DNA from: an uncultured Candidatus Poseidoniales archaeon
GTDB lineage: Archaea > Thermoplasmatota > Poseidoniia > Poseidoniales > Poseidoniaceae
Length of the DNA: 60,369 nt
Direction of reading: 5' to 3'
Assembly: GCA_964577145.1 (NCBI GenBank)
Contig: CAZNXM010000007.1
Coordinates: 4,224-64,592, forward strand
Shown here: in pieces, positions 1-8,823 of the stretch
Layout: each line of letters starts with the position of its first letter
Numbering within the stretch: position 1 is the first letter of the stretch
Translations under genes and position numbers: made by a program
The notes under the pieces: model-generated
What the model was told of the DNA's origin: nothing
Databases searched by the model: none
Seen by the model: the letters and a program-made list of their open reading frames with translations, nothing else

Positions 1-866
1 CCGATATCAGAAACCGATTCTCCAACCAATTTCAAAGCCCCACTTGAGACATCATCAACCGAATATCGACCTGGTCCACCCATCCTTGTGAGCAAGTCGG
101 GTGGGAATGTTACCGTTCCCATCTCATCGACGATTAGTTCTCGACCCTTGCTGAGATTTGTGATCTCAACATCTTCGCCATGTTCTGCAACAAATCTTCC
201 ATCACGAAGTTCTAGCGAGCGATTGGCAAATGCTGCTACTTCCTTTGAATGAGTTACAAGCAGGAATGAAACACCATCTTCTTGGTGTAATTCCTTGAAT
301 AATTTTAGCACTTCTCTAGATGTAATTGGGTCGAGAGCACCTGTTGGTTCATCGGCCAATATCAACCGCGGATTGGTGATTAAAGCACGACCGATTGCAA
401 CCCTCTGTTGCTCACCACCACTGAGTTTTGCTGGAATTGCCTTTGCTCTGTGAAGAATTCCCAACCTTTCCATCATTTCATCAGCAGCCTTCAGCGCAAC
501 CTTCGGAGCAACTCCCTGATTACGTAGTGGCTGAGCAATATTGTCTCTTGCAGAAAGATGTGGTAATAGATTACCTTCTTGGAAGATAAATGATACCGTC
601 TTCTGACGGAGTTCAACCAATTCCTTTCCAGTTAGTCTTGTAATGTTTTTACCATTGAGAGCAACGATGCCGGCAGATGGTTTCATCAAACCTCCTAGAC
701 ACTTCAATAGAGTGGATTTACCACTACCTGATGGCCCTACAACTGCAACGGCTTCTCCTGCTTCCATCCTGACATGTAGGCCGCGTAAAGCAACGACGTT
801 TCCATCCTCTGCCTTGGATTCATACACATGGTATAGGCTCTCAGATCTTAGAATCTCTTCACCCAT
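1..866 (-). CDS. ABC transporter ATP-binding protein (LolD/MacB-type) with C-terminal extension; 3' end runs off the window
   Basis: Not in the ORF track because it has no stop in the window. Manual translation from ATG at 866 gives MGEEILRSE..., Walker A GPSGSGKST, signature LSGGEQQRVAIGRAL, Walker B ILADEPTGALD and H-loop LLVTH. It starts 2 nt after the permease stop. Confidence 0.93.
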   Translation of the reverse strand, partial: MGEEILRSESLYHVYESKAEDGNVVALRGLHVRMEAGEAVAVVGPSGSGKSTLLKCLGGLMKPSAGIVALNGKNITRLTGKELVELRQKTVSFIFQEGNLLPHLSARDNIAQPLRNQGVAPKVALKAADEMMERLGILHRAKAIPAKLSGGEQQRVAIGRALITNPRLILADEPTGALDPITSREVLKLFKELHQEDGVSFLLVTHSKEVAAFANRSLELRDGRFVAEHGEDVEITNLSKGRELIVDEMGTVTFPPDLLTRMGGPGRYSVDDVSSGALKLVGESVSDI

Positions 867-868
867 CT

Positions 869-3800
869 TCACTCCCCCTTGAGCACACTGGCTAAATCCG
901 CACCCAGTGCTTTGCGCGTTGTCAGAAGTAATGCTGCCACAACTGCTGTGAATACCGATATGGCAACGATTCCAAGTTGAGTCCATGGCCATACTAAATC
1001 ACGTTGAATAACCGTTGATGAACCACCGAAAATTTGGAAGATGAATCCGAATACCTCGAATAGGCCATTGAATGAAATTGCTAGACCCATTCCAAGTAAC
1101 ATTCCCAGCCCCATTGAAACGATGATGATCGATAGGATTTCGAATAATACCAATCGAATAATCTGATTTGGTGAAGCACCAATTGCTTGTAAGACCGCTA
1201 ATTCCTTTTGGCGTTGATTTAGTACCAAAGAAAGGAAAACGAAGCTACTTGCGACTGCTGCAAGGCTGGCGACTACGAATTGAAGTGAGAGAAGACCTGG
1301 TGTTCCGAAGATTAGGCCGCCATTTCGCTCTACATTCTCATGGGCGGTTTTCCAGTCCTCAGCATCGTCGAATGACTCATCAGATTGCAAGACTGCACGC
1401 AGTGCCTTGAGGTCATCTTCATCAATTCCATCGATTGAAACTACCCACACATTCGCTCGCAAATTATCAACTTCATCATCACCGACAAAGGAACGATATG
1501 CCTGCTCTCCAATGACTAGAGTGGAAGCCATCTCAATCGTTGAAACTCCGGGGACATACTCGTGAATTCCGATATATCGTAGACTGGATTCATGGTAGGT
1601 TTCGGTAAATTCCATGGACGAGAAATTGAAGCCAATATCACGCCATTTTAATTCCAAAACTACTGATTCTTCATTGGATTTACCGAGTAGAATATCTTCG
1701 GAACCACCTGCTTTACCCCGGCCACTGCCCCACAAATCAAGTGCAAATGCTGCATCTTCACCGGCTGAAAATGTCATACCAGCGTAAGCATCCATCGCTT
1801 GAGAAACATCATCACCGGGAATAGCCTGTTGATCCCAATGTAAAACTGATTCTGCATCGTCGAGTAACACCCACGTAGTGAATGAATTATCATCCTCATC
1901 TTGCAATTGGAATTTTGGAATATTTACCGCCTGAAGATTGACATCAGCATCGGTATGAACCATTATTGCAGCCTCTACCTCTGATTGGGTAAGGTTGTCA
2001 ACCATTGTCACCTTCAATTCACTACCAACTTGGACTGAGGCTGTCTTCTCATCAACCACTGTTCCAGTATATCCCTGGACTGCAGCAAGAGTGACGATTG
2101 ACAAAGTGAGAAGCATAATTACGGCAAGGCGATTCACTGATTCAGCTGAACCTGACCCTTTCAATCCCCTCTTTACATCGTTCAGGAGCGGTGTGCGACC
2201 AAGGAAAAATTGCATTATTCTTGGACCAGCAGCGCCGATTCTCCCCAGAAGAAGAGCGCCACCAATCCAAAGCATGAATGGGGCGAATATCCCAAGAAGG
2301 CCTTCGATAAACCAATTGGAGTTGAGGCCATCCTCACTACCATTCATCTCTAACCAAGAATCGATAACCGCAAACATTCCGATTAGGAATAATGTCCAGT
2401 GTAACCAACGCTTAGGCTTGTTTACTTCACGAACTTTACGAACACCTTCATCGATTTCCATCTCGATGAAGTCCTTTGCTTTTGATCTACCAAATATCAA
2501 GGCTAAACCGAGAGTTGCAATCATTGTGAATAATGTTGAGCCAAATCCTAATCTAGGGTCAACACTGAATCCAAGTGGAGAGAATTCCATGAAACCAACA
2601 CTAGAGAGAACTATTGGAACTGCCACCATTGCTAATAGATATCCAGCGAGCCAAGCAACAGTAGACATTACTGCTAACTCGAGCATTACCATACCGCGTA
2701 GACCTTTTGCAGTCGCTCCTATCACCCGATGAATCGAAATCTCTCTGCGACGTTGCTCCAATGATAGGACCAAACCGTAAATCAGAACTGAGAGTGAAAG
2801 TACCACAATGGGTACCATGATAATGTAATCAAATGCCTGAATCAATCCAAGGAAAATATTGAGGAAACTAATGGTCCCACTGATGATATCGACATAATTG
2901 ACTTCAATTCCAGCCGAGGTGTAATTTTGTTCCTCGATATCACGGTCTAGTATCTCTAGCCACTCTTCAGCAGCAACTGTTGATTCAGAAGGGATTTGAG
3001 AGCGATCTAATGCAATACCGAGGTAAATATGGTCGCTATCCATCAATGTGCGAGTTTGGTTTGTGTCAAGAATCTCCCAACTCATCATGACTGAATTGGC
3101 TTCAAGAGTTGGATTGTTAATTGGCCATGGCTCGTAAAATCCGAGAATTGTGATATTCTCAATTCTCATCTCCTTCTGACAATGGGTTATGCCAACTTGG
3201 ACGTTGAAACTAATCTTACCTTCGCAATTGTCCTCAGTTATTTCTGGCTCTCCAGGGAATGCACTATCAATCGTATAGAAGAATGACAATTCGTCGATAA
3301 CCTCGCCAACAGTCGCACCTGTTTCACTTGAGTAAGAAATAGGCAGGTATACGCCTCTTTGAGATGCCATCTCCTCGGCGCTTACCCATTCACCCATATC
3401 CTGAACTAAATTGGAGGATAAGCGGTCTGAAATTACTCCATCAAAAGCCTCAGGACCAAAAAATTGGACTGTTCTCTTTGCACTTATTGGAGGCCCTTGT
3501 TCAAATCCTTCAGGATATGCCCAGGTGACATTATTCCATTTTGTATTGGCCGTGGAATTTGTCGAATTCATTTCCAAAGGCATTGCTTTGAAAATAGTCT
3601 CATCGCCAAATCCAAATCCCCCATGGGTCGCACGTTTACCCAGAACTACTGTACAATCTGCAATTTCGGAACGCTGTACTAATTCAGTACAAGTTTCCAC
3701 CATTATTGCCGTATCATTAGTCCAACCGGTTGCCGACTCACTTGGTTCGTCATCAAATTCGATTTTTGCATCGAAGATTTCGTCATCGAGTGAGTCCTGG

Positions 3801-3946
3801 AAAAAGACTTGAGAAAGTCCTACTCCATAGGATAGAACTGTCGTAATTACAAGACTTGCAAGGAAGACTCCTGCAAATACTGCAAGGCCGCGCTCACGTC
3901 CACGCCATGCCCCGATACTTGCAAGACGAAGTTTGTCGAAATTCAT
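869..3946 (-). CDS. ABC transporter permease, FtsX/MacB/LolE family (two permease repeats with large extracellular domains)
   Basis: Two FtsX-type motifs (EQRRREISIHRVIGAT; NQRQKELAVLQAIGASPNQI), each followed by TM helices. It is flanked by two ABC ATPases. Confidence 0.92.
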   Translation of the reverse strand: MNFDKLRLASIGAWRGRERGLAVFAGVFLASLVITTVLSYGVGLSQVFFQDSLDDEIFDAKIEFDDEPSESATGWTNDTAIMVETCTELVQRSEIADCTVVLGKRATHGGFGFGDETIFKAMPLEMNSTNSTANTKWNNVTWAYPEGFEQGPPISAKRTVQFFGPEAFDGVISDRLSSNLVQDMGEWVSAEEMASQRGVYLPISYSSETGATVGEVIDELSFFYTIDSAFPGEPEITEDNCEGKISFNVQVGITHCQKEMRIENITILGFYEPWPINNPTLEANSVMMSWEILDTNQTRTLMDSDHIYLGIALDRSQIPSESTVAAEEWLEILDRDIEEQNYTSAGIEVNYVDIISGTISFLNIFLGLIQAFDYIIMVPIVVLSLSVLIYGLVLSLEQRRREISIHRVIGATAKGLRGMVMLELAVMSTVAWLAGYLLAMVAVPIVLSSVGFMEFSPLGFSVDPRLGFGSTLFTMIATLGLALIFGRSKAKDFIEMEIDEGVRKVREVNKPKRWLHWTLFLIGMFAVIDSWLEMNGSEDGLNSNWFIEGLLGIFAPFMLWIGGALLLGRIGAAGPRIMQFFLGRTPLLNDVKRGLKGSGSAESVNRLAVIMLLTLSIVTLAAVQGYTGTVVDEKTASVQVGSELKVTMVDNLTQSEVEAAIMVHTDADVNLQAVNIPKFQLQDEDDNSFTTWVLLDDAESVLHWDQQAIPGDDVSQAMDAYAGMTFSAGEDAAFALDLWGSGRGKAGGSEDILLGKSNEESVVLELKWRDIGFNFSSMEFTETYHESSLRYIGIHEYVPGVSTIEMASTLVIGEQAYRSFVGDDEVDNLRANVWVVSIDGIDEDDLKALRAVLQSDESFDDAEDWKTAHENVERNGGLIFGTPGLLSLQFVVASLAAVASSFVFLSLVLNQRQKELAVLQAIGASPNQIIRLVLFEILSIIIVSMGLGMLLGMGLAISFNGLFEVFGFIFQIFGGSSTVIQRDLVWPWTQLGIVAISVFTAVVAALLLTTRKALGADLASVLKGE

Positions 3947-4662
3947 TCCTCTTCACCTCCGCCAATTCCCCAAGCCGAACGGATATCGCTCGCTTCACAG
4001 CAACCATCACGGAGCAATAACATGCGGTCTGCCTGACTTGCAAGGTCTGGGTCATGTGTAACCATCAGGATAGAAATTTGATCTTCTCCGTGGCTCAGTT
4101 CTTTGAATAATTCAAGAATTTCTTGGCCGCTAACTGTATCGAGATTTCCGGTTGGTTCATCAGCGAGCAGTATCGGCCTCTCACCCGCAATTGCACGAGC
4201 AATAGCAACTCTTTGTTGCTGTCCTCCTGAAAGTTGGTCAGGAATATGGTCCATTCGATCTTCTAGACCAACTCTGATTAGCGCTGCTTCTGCTTTCTTT
4301 TCAGCTTCTAGGGCAGGTACACCAGAAATTTCGAGTGCCATGGCGACATTGTCGAGGGCGTTAAGGTGATCCAATAAATGAAAATCTTGGAAAATCCAAC
4401 CTACCTTTTCACGTCGAATGTCAACAACATGTGCTGGGCCCTTGAGACCATATTGCCTACCGTCTAGTTCTATCGAACCCTCATCTCCAGCAAGTAATCC
4501 TCCAATGATATTGAGTAGCGTAGATTTACCGCAGCCCGATGGTCCCATCAAGGCAACCATTTCGCCACGAGAAATCTCGATATCGATGCCCTTCAAAACT
4601 TCAAGTCTATTCGAGCCAGAGCCGAAGCCCTTCATCAGTCCACTAATATTTAGGAGAGACAC
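3943..4662 (-). CDS. ABC transporter ATP-binding protein (LolD-like)
   Basis: GPSGCGKST, LSGGQQQRVAIARA, LLADEPTGNLD and MVTHD. Overlaps the permease start by 4 nt. Confidence 0.96.
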   Translation of the reverse strand: MSLLNISGLMKGFGSGSNRLEVLKGIDIEISRGEMVALMGPSGCGKSTLLNIIGGLLAGDEGSIELDGRQYGLKGPAHVVDIRREKVGWIFQDFHLLDHLNALDNVAMALEISGVPALEAEKKAEAALIRVGLEDRMDHIPDQLSGGQQQRVAIARAIAGERPILLADEPTGNLDTVSGQEILELFKELSHGEDQISILMVTHDPDLASQADRMLLLRDGCCEASDIRSAWGIGGGEEE

Positions 4663-5028
4663 AAAGCACCACCGGGTCTAAGCCCGATTGGCGCTAATTC
4701 ATACTTCTTTTGAAGGACTCGGTATCATGCATGTTGTCACTTTTTAGAACCGAATACTAGATTTATTACCCAGTGACTAAAAGACAAGGTATTGCTAAGT
4801 CCATTTCGGTATTGCTGTTTATCCATTATTTCGGTAACCCAAGTGTCGAGTTCGTGGTCCATACTTCTCCCTCACTTTACTTTACACACCGGGTCCTATA
4901 ATGGCCTTTGGGTGTTTATACTAAAGTTAGTGTTTTTTACAACACCATGGAGTGTGATGAAATACACTAAATGCATATGCGGAATTCTCGCGCCTTCTTC
5001 ATAGACTTCCCACTTATCCAAGCGACCA

Positions 5029-7692
5029 ATGGCATCAGATTCTGATGACCCCTCTGCCGAAAAAAACTACCTCGTTTGGTTTGAAGAATCCGGAATGGGT
5101 GATGTTGCAACTATTGGTGGAAAGGGCGCCTCATTGGGTGAAATGTATTCATCATTAACCGAAAAAGGAATCCCAATCCCAAATGGATTCACCGTTACTG
5201 TTGATGCATATGCTGAATTCGTTGATTCCGAAATTGATTCCACTCGATGGAGTGGCATCCCTGAAGCTGAAGGATTGCCCGGTCTGAGGGACTCGGTAAT
5301 GAAAGCAACAACGCTCAGAGGGGCGATTCATGCATGCTTTGAAGATGCAAAAACTTCAGACCACTTGGAAATGCATTCCAGAACATCACTCGCAAGATCA
5401 CTAATTCTCAAAAGCGTTGTACCTTCGAACATTGAAGAGCAAATAGAGAGCGGTTATCTCTTACTATGCGACGAGTATGGACCAGGTGTTGATGTTGCAG
5501 TACGTTCCTCTGCAACTGTTGAAGATTCGGTAGATGCTTCTTTTGCCGGCCAATATGAATCCTATCTCAATATCACTGGCCCAAGAAGCGTGATTTTCAA
5601 CTGGAAGAGATGTGTTGCTAGCTTATTTACAGAAAGGGCGGTTGCTTACCAAATTGACCGTGGAATGAATCCTCTTGAAGCATCACTCGCAGTTGTGGTG
5701 ATGAAGATGGTTAGGTCGGATTTGGCATCATCTGGAGTAATGTTCACACTTGACCCAGATTCAGGACACTCCGGTGTAATTCATATATCGTCTTCTTTCG
5801 GATTGGGAGAATTACTCGTACAAGGTAGCATCTCTCCTGATGGTTTCCTTGTCTGGAAGAAAGGGCTTGAACAAGGCTTGCCTGCAATTGTACAGCGACA
5901 CCTTGGTGGTAAAGAAGAAAAAATGGTCTACAGTGAAGATTCGGAAACAAAAACAGTAGATGTTTCCATCGCAGACCGACTTTCATTTTCGCTGAAACGC
6001 TCCGAAGTTCTTGAACTCGCAAATATGGCCTTGATAATTGAGCAGCATTATGACAGGCCAATGGATATTGAATGGGCTAAGGATGGAATCAGTGGAGATA
6101 TTTTCATTGTGCAAGCACGTCCTGAAACCGTGCATGCTAAAGAAAAGAGCACTGTCCTAATACGCTATCATATGAATCCAAAATTAGTGAAGAAGTTGCG
6201 TTCCAATGGTTCGGTTTTAGCAACTGGACAAGCTGTTGGAAAGCGGATTGGAGGGGGACAGGTAAGGCAATACCAGGACTATGAAGCGGTTATTTCCAGC
6301 AAACGAAATTTAAGAGATAGGTTGGCAACAGGTATTGAACTTGATTCGCTAGAATGGGCTGACCGTGTATTCGAGGAAGGTGATGTTCTCGTAACCGATA
6401 TGACTACTCCAGATTGGGAGCCGATGATGAAACAGGCCTCCTTGATTATCACTCGCAAAGGAGGAAGAACAAGTCACGCTGCAATCATTGCCCGAGAATT
6501 TGGAATCCCTGCAATTGTTGGGGCAACAGATGTCATGAGAATACTCGAGGATGGCATGGTAGTAACCGGGTCCTGCGCCGAAGGGGATGATGGATTAATC
6601 TTCAAAGGTGAGCAGCCATTTGAGATTGAAGAAATCGTAATCGACACAGATCAAAAACTCAAAACTAAAATCAAATTAAACGTCGGTTTTCCAACTAAAG
6701 CACTCGCTGATTCAATGCTACCCGTTGATGGAGTAGGACTTGCGAGAATTGAATTTATCCTCTCTGCTGAAGTCGGAATTCATCCAATGGCATTGGTACA
6801 TTGTGATGCTTTAATCGAGTATGCAGAAACCGGAGTAATTCCAAATAGCCTATTGCCATTCAGGCGTGGTCTAGAGAGAACAAATGGAAAAGATAGAGCG
6901 GAATTAATCCGAGCAATCTCCGAAAAGAGCAGAAACTCAGCCAATCCTAAATCTCTCTTTATCGACGAACTCAGAGAGGGCGTGGGTCTGATTTGTGCAG
7001 CATTTTATCCAAGGCCAGTCTTGGTTAGGCTTTCAGATTTCAAATCAAATGAGTATAGGGAATTACTTGGAGGCGAGATATTTGAGCCAATTGAGGAAAA
7101 CCCAATGATCGCTTGGAGAGGAGCCAGCCGTTATGTTGACCCGCGATTTTCACAAGCCTTCGAAATGGAATGTGAAGCTTTGCAAGGTGTACGCCACGAC
7201 ATGGGTCTAGATAATCTGCAATTGATGATACCTTTCTGTCGCTCACCCGAAGAAGGAATCGCCGTAAAGAATATCCTCGAAAAAAGAAACCTGGGCTCAC
7301 AAGACGGAGTTCCTTTATTCATCATGGTTGAATTGCCTTCCAATGTTATTGAAGCGGATCGTTTCATCGATGAAATGCAACTCGATGGAGGGTCGATTGG
7401 TACCAATGACCTCGTACAGACAGTATATGCGGTTAGCAGGGATGACTTGGAGGGATACTTACACCCCGTTGATGCTAGGTCTTCAGCAGTGAAAACAATG
7501 GTTAGGAGAACCATTGAAACTTTCAAGGAAAAGGGAATTGAAATCGGAATTTGTGGTCAGGCCCCTTCAGACCACCCAGAAGAATATCCTCCTTTCTTAA
7601 TCGAATGTGGAATTACCTCTATTTCGGTAACTCCTGATACAGCTGTTGCAGTAAGAATCGCTGTCGAAAAGGCAGAAAATAGACTTCTATAA
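5029..7692 (+). CDS. ppsA: Phosphoenolpyruvate synthase (pyruvate, water dikinase)
   Basis: GGKGASLGEM, VAVRSSATVED..ASFAGQ, DIEWAKDG, phospho-His GGRTSHAAIIARE, GVGLAR.EF, RLSDFKSNEY, EENPMIAWRGASRY, SIGTNDL and GICGQAPSD. Confidence 0.97.
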   Translation: MASDSDDPSAEKNYLVWFEESGMGDVATIGGKGASLGEMYSSLTEKGIPIPNGFTVTVDAYAEFVDSEIDSTRWSGIPEAEGLPGLRDSVMKATTLRGAIHACFEDAKTSDHLEMHSRTSLARSLILKSVVPSNIEEQIESGYLLLCDEYGPGVDVAVRSSATVEDSVDASFAGQYESYLNITGPRSVIFNWKRCVASLFTERAVAYQIDRGMNPLEASLAVVVMKMVRSDLASSGVMFTLDPDSGHSGVIHISSSFGLGELLVQGSISPDGFLVWKKGLEQGLPAIVQRHLGGKEEKMVYSEDSETKTVDVSIADRLSFSLKRSEVLELANMALIIEQHYDRPMDIEWAKDGISGDIFIVQARPETVHAKEKSTVLIRYHMNPKLVKKLRSNGSVLATGQAVGKRIGGGQVRQYQDYEAVISSKRNLRDRLATGIELDSLEWADRVFEEGDVLVTDMTTPDWEPMMKQASLIITRKGGRTSHAAIIAREFGIPAIVGATDVMRILEDGMVVTGSCAEGDDGLIFKGEQPFEIEEIVIDTDQKLKTKIKLNVGFPTKALADSMLPVDGVGLARIEFILSAEVGIHPMALVHCDALIEYAETGVIPNSLLPFRRGLERTNGKDRAELIRAISEKSRNSANPKSLFIDELREGVGLICAAFYPRPVLVRLSDFKSNEYRELLGGEIFEPIEENPMIAWRGASRYVDPRFSQAFEMECEALQGVRHDMGLDNLQLMIPFCRSPEEGIAVKNILEKRNLGSQDGVPLFIMVELPSNVIEADRFIDEMQLDGGSIGTNDLVQTVYAVSRDDLEGYLHPVDARSSAVKTMVRRTIETFKEKGIEIGICGQAPSDHPEEYPPFLIECGITSISVTPDTAVAVRIAVEKAENRLL

Positions 7693-8742
7693 TCAATCAT
7701 TTTGGCGATCGATAATTATCTCATCATAGAGTTTGATGTTGAGCAGAATCTCACCGAAATCACGTGAATACGCACAGAGTCTACGGATTGACTCAGATAA
7801 CCTAAATTCGAAAATTAAATTTCGAGCGGTGCGCCTTCCTTCCATCATTCCTTCTTCGTGTAATTGCAATACATTCTGGACTCTCTTTAGTTCATGGCGA
7901 GCTTTCTCAATTCCATGAGAATCTCGAGTTCTTATATTGATCATCAATTGCTTAATCGATTCTTGCCAAATTGGAATTTGAACGATTGGGGATTCATCGA
8001 TTTTCAATTTGATTCCACCGTCGAACTCTTGTATCATTTGAGAGATTTGTAATGCGTGGTCCATCATTCTCTCAAGGCATCTGGCAAGATTTGAATGCTC
8101 AACTGCTTGGTTCCTACCGAGTTTTAGAGAAGTTGCTACAAGGTGTGAATCCAGAGCAATGCAAACTTGTCGCTCGATTAGATAGAGTAGTGCATCAACT
8201 TCTGATTCTCTTTCTTCTGAATCGTCCAATAAATCAATATCGTCACCGTCAAGCACTGACATTATGTCTCGTATTAGGGATGATAATTGGAGATACATAC
8301 GGTTGATACTAGCGCTGAGAGGCATGTCTGAAGCGTTGATTAAGCATACTATCTCGGTATGCTTATCGTCTTCAGACATCGTTTCAAAACCTCTTGTATT
8401 CCGCAAGAATCTTCGGATTTCTTTACGGTGTTTCTTTCCTCCATCGTCATTGAAATGAATTCTAATTTTATCCACTCCGGAAATATACGCTCCCATCAGA
8501 TGGTCGTGAAGACTATCTTCAGGAAGTGAATTTGCATTGATTACTACTCTCTTGACCTGCTTATCGAGCATGTCTATTGGGGTAAGTCGAAGCGCACCAC
8601 TGGGGCGCCAATCTACTCTTACTCCATCCCTCGGACGCAATTCATTTGCAACGACCCAAGGCTTGGGCAAACTGAGGGTATATGTTGCACCGCCTGTTAA
8701 CTGGACCTTGCGGACATCTTGTTCTCCAGGACCAAATGCCAT
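7693..8742 (-). CDS. phoU: Phosphate uptake regulator PhoU with N-terminal AbrB/MazE-type DNA-binding domain
   Basis: N-terminal RKVQLTGGATYTLSLPKPWV is typical of archaeal AbrB-PhoU. PhoU helical repeats ERESEVDAL and ARCLERMMDHA follow. Divergent from a PiT transporter. ATG at 8742 preferred over TTG at 8751. Confidence 0.88.
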   Translation of the reverse strand: MAFGPGEQDVRKVQLTGGATYTLSLPKPWVVANELRPRDGVRVDWRPSGALRLTPIDMLDKQVKRVVINANSLPEDSLHDHLMGAYISGVDKIRIHFNDDGGKKHRKEIRRFLRNTRGFETMSEDDKHTEIVCLINASDMPLSASINRMYLQLSSLIRDIMSVLDGDDIDLLDDSEERESEVDALLYLIERQVCIALDSHLVATSLKLGRNQAVEHSNLARCLERMMDHALQISQMIQEFDGGIKLKIDESPIVQIPIWQESIKQLMINIRTRDSHGIEKARHELKRVQNVLQLHEEGMMEGRRTARNLIFEFRLSESIRRLCAYSRDFGEILLNIKLYDEIIIDRQND

Positions 8743-8823
8743 CGTTCTCAAAACCGCGAATATTTACTTCTATATATATTACCGTGGTTGCAGGTGATAT
8801 ACCGACAGACCCAGCAATAATTC
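8743..8823. promoter_or_regulatory. Divergent promoter region between phoU and pit with a TATATATA element
   Basis: AT-rich TCTATATATATT at about 8769-8780 between divergent starts. Confidence 0.5.

Noticed and set aside
1995-2732. 245-aa plus-strand ORF and the many other 60-180 aa ORFs antisense to or nested in long genes
   Set aside because: These are shadow ORFs opposite well-supported genes. They are Ser/Pro/Ile-rich with no motifs, as expected from reverse-complement codon bias.
5029-7692. Intein or mobile insertion in the long ppsA
   Set aside because: The extra length is spread over several short inserts. No intein C/S...HN motifs or LAGLIDADG blocks were seen.
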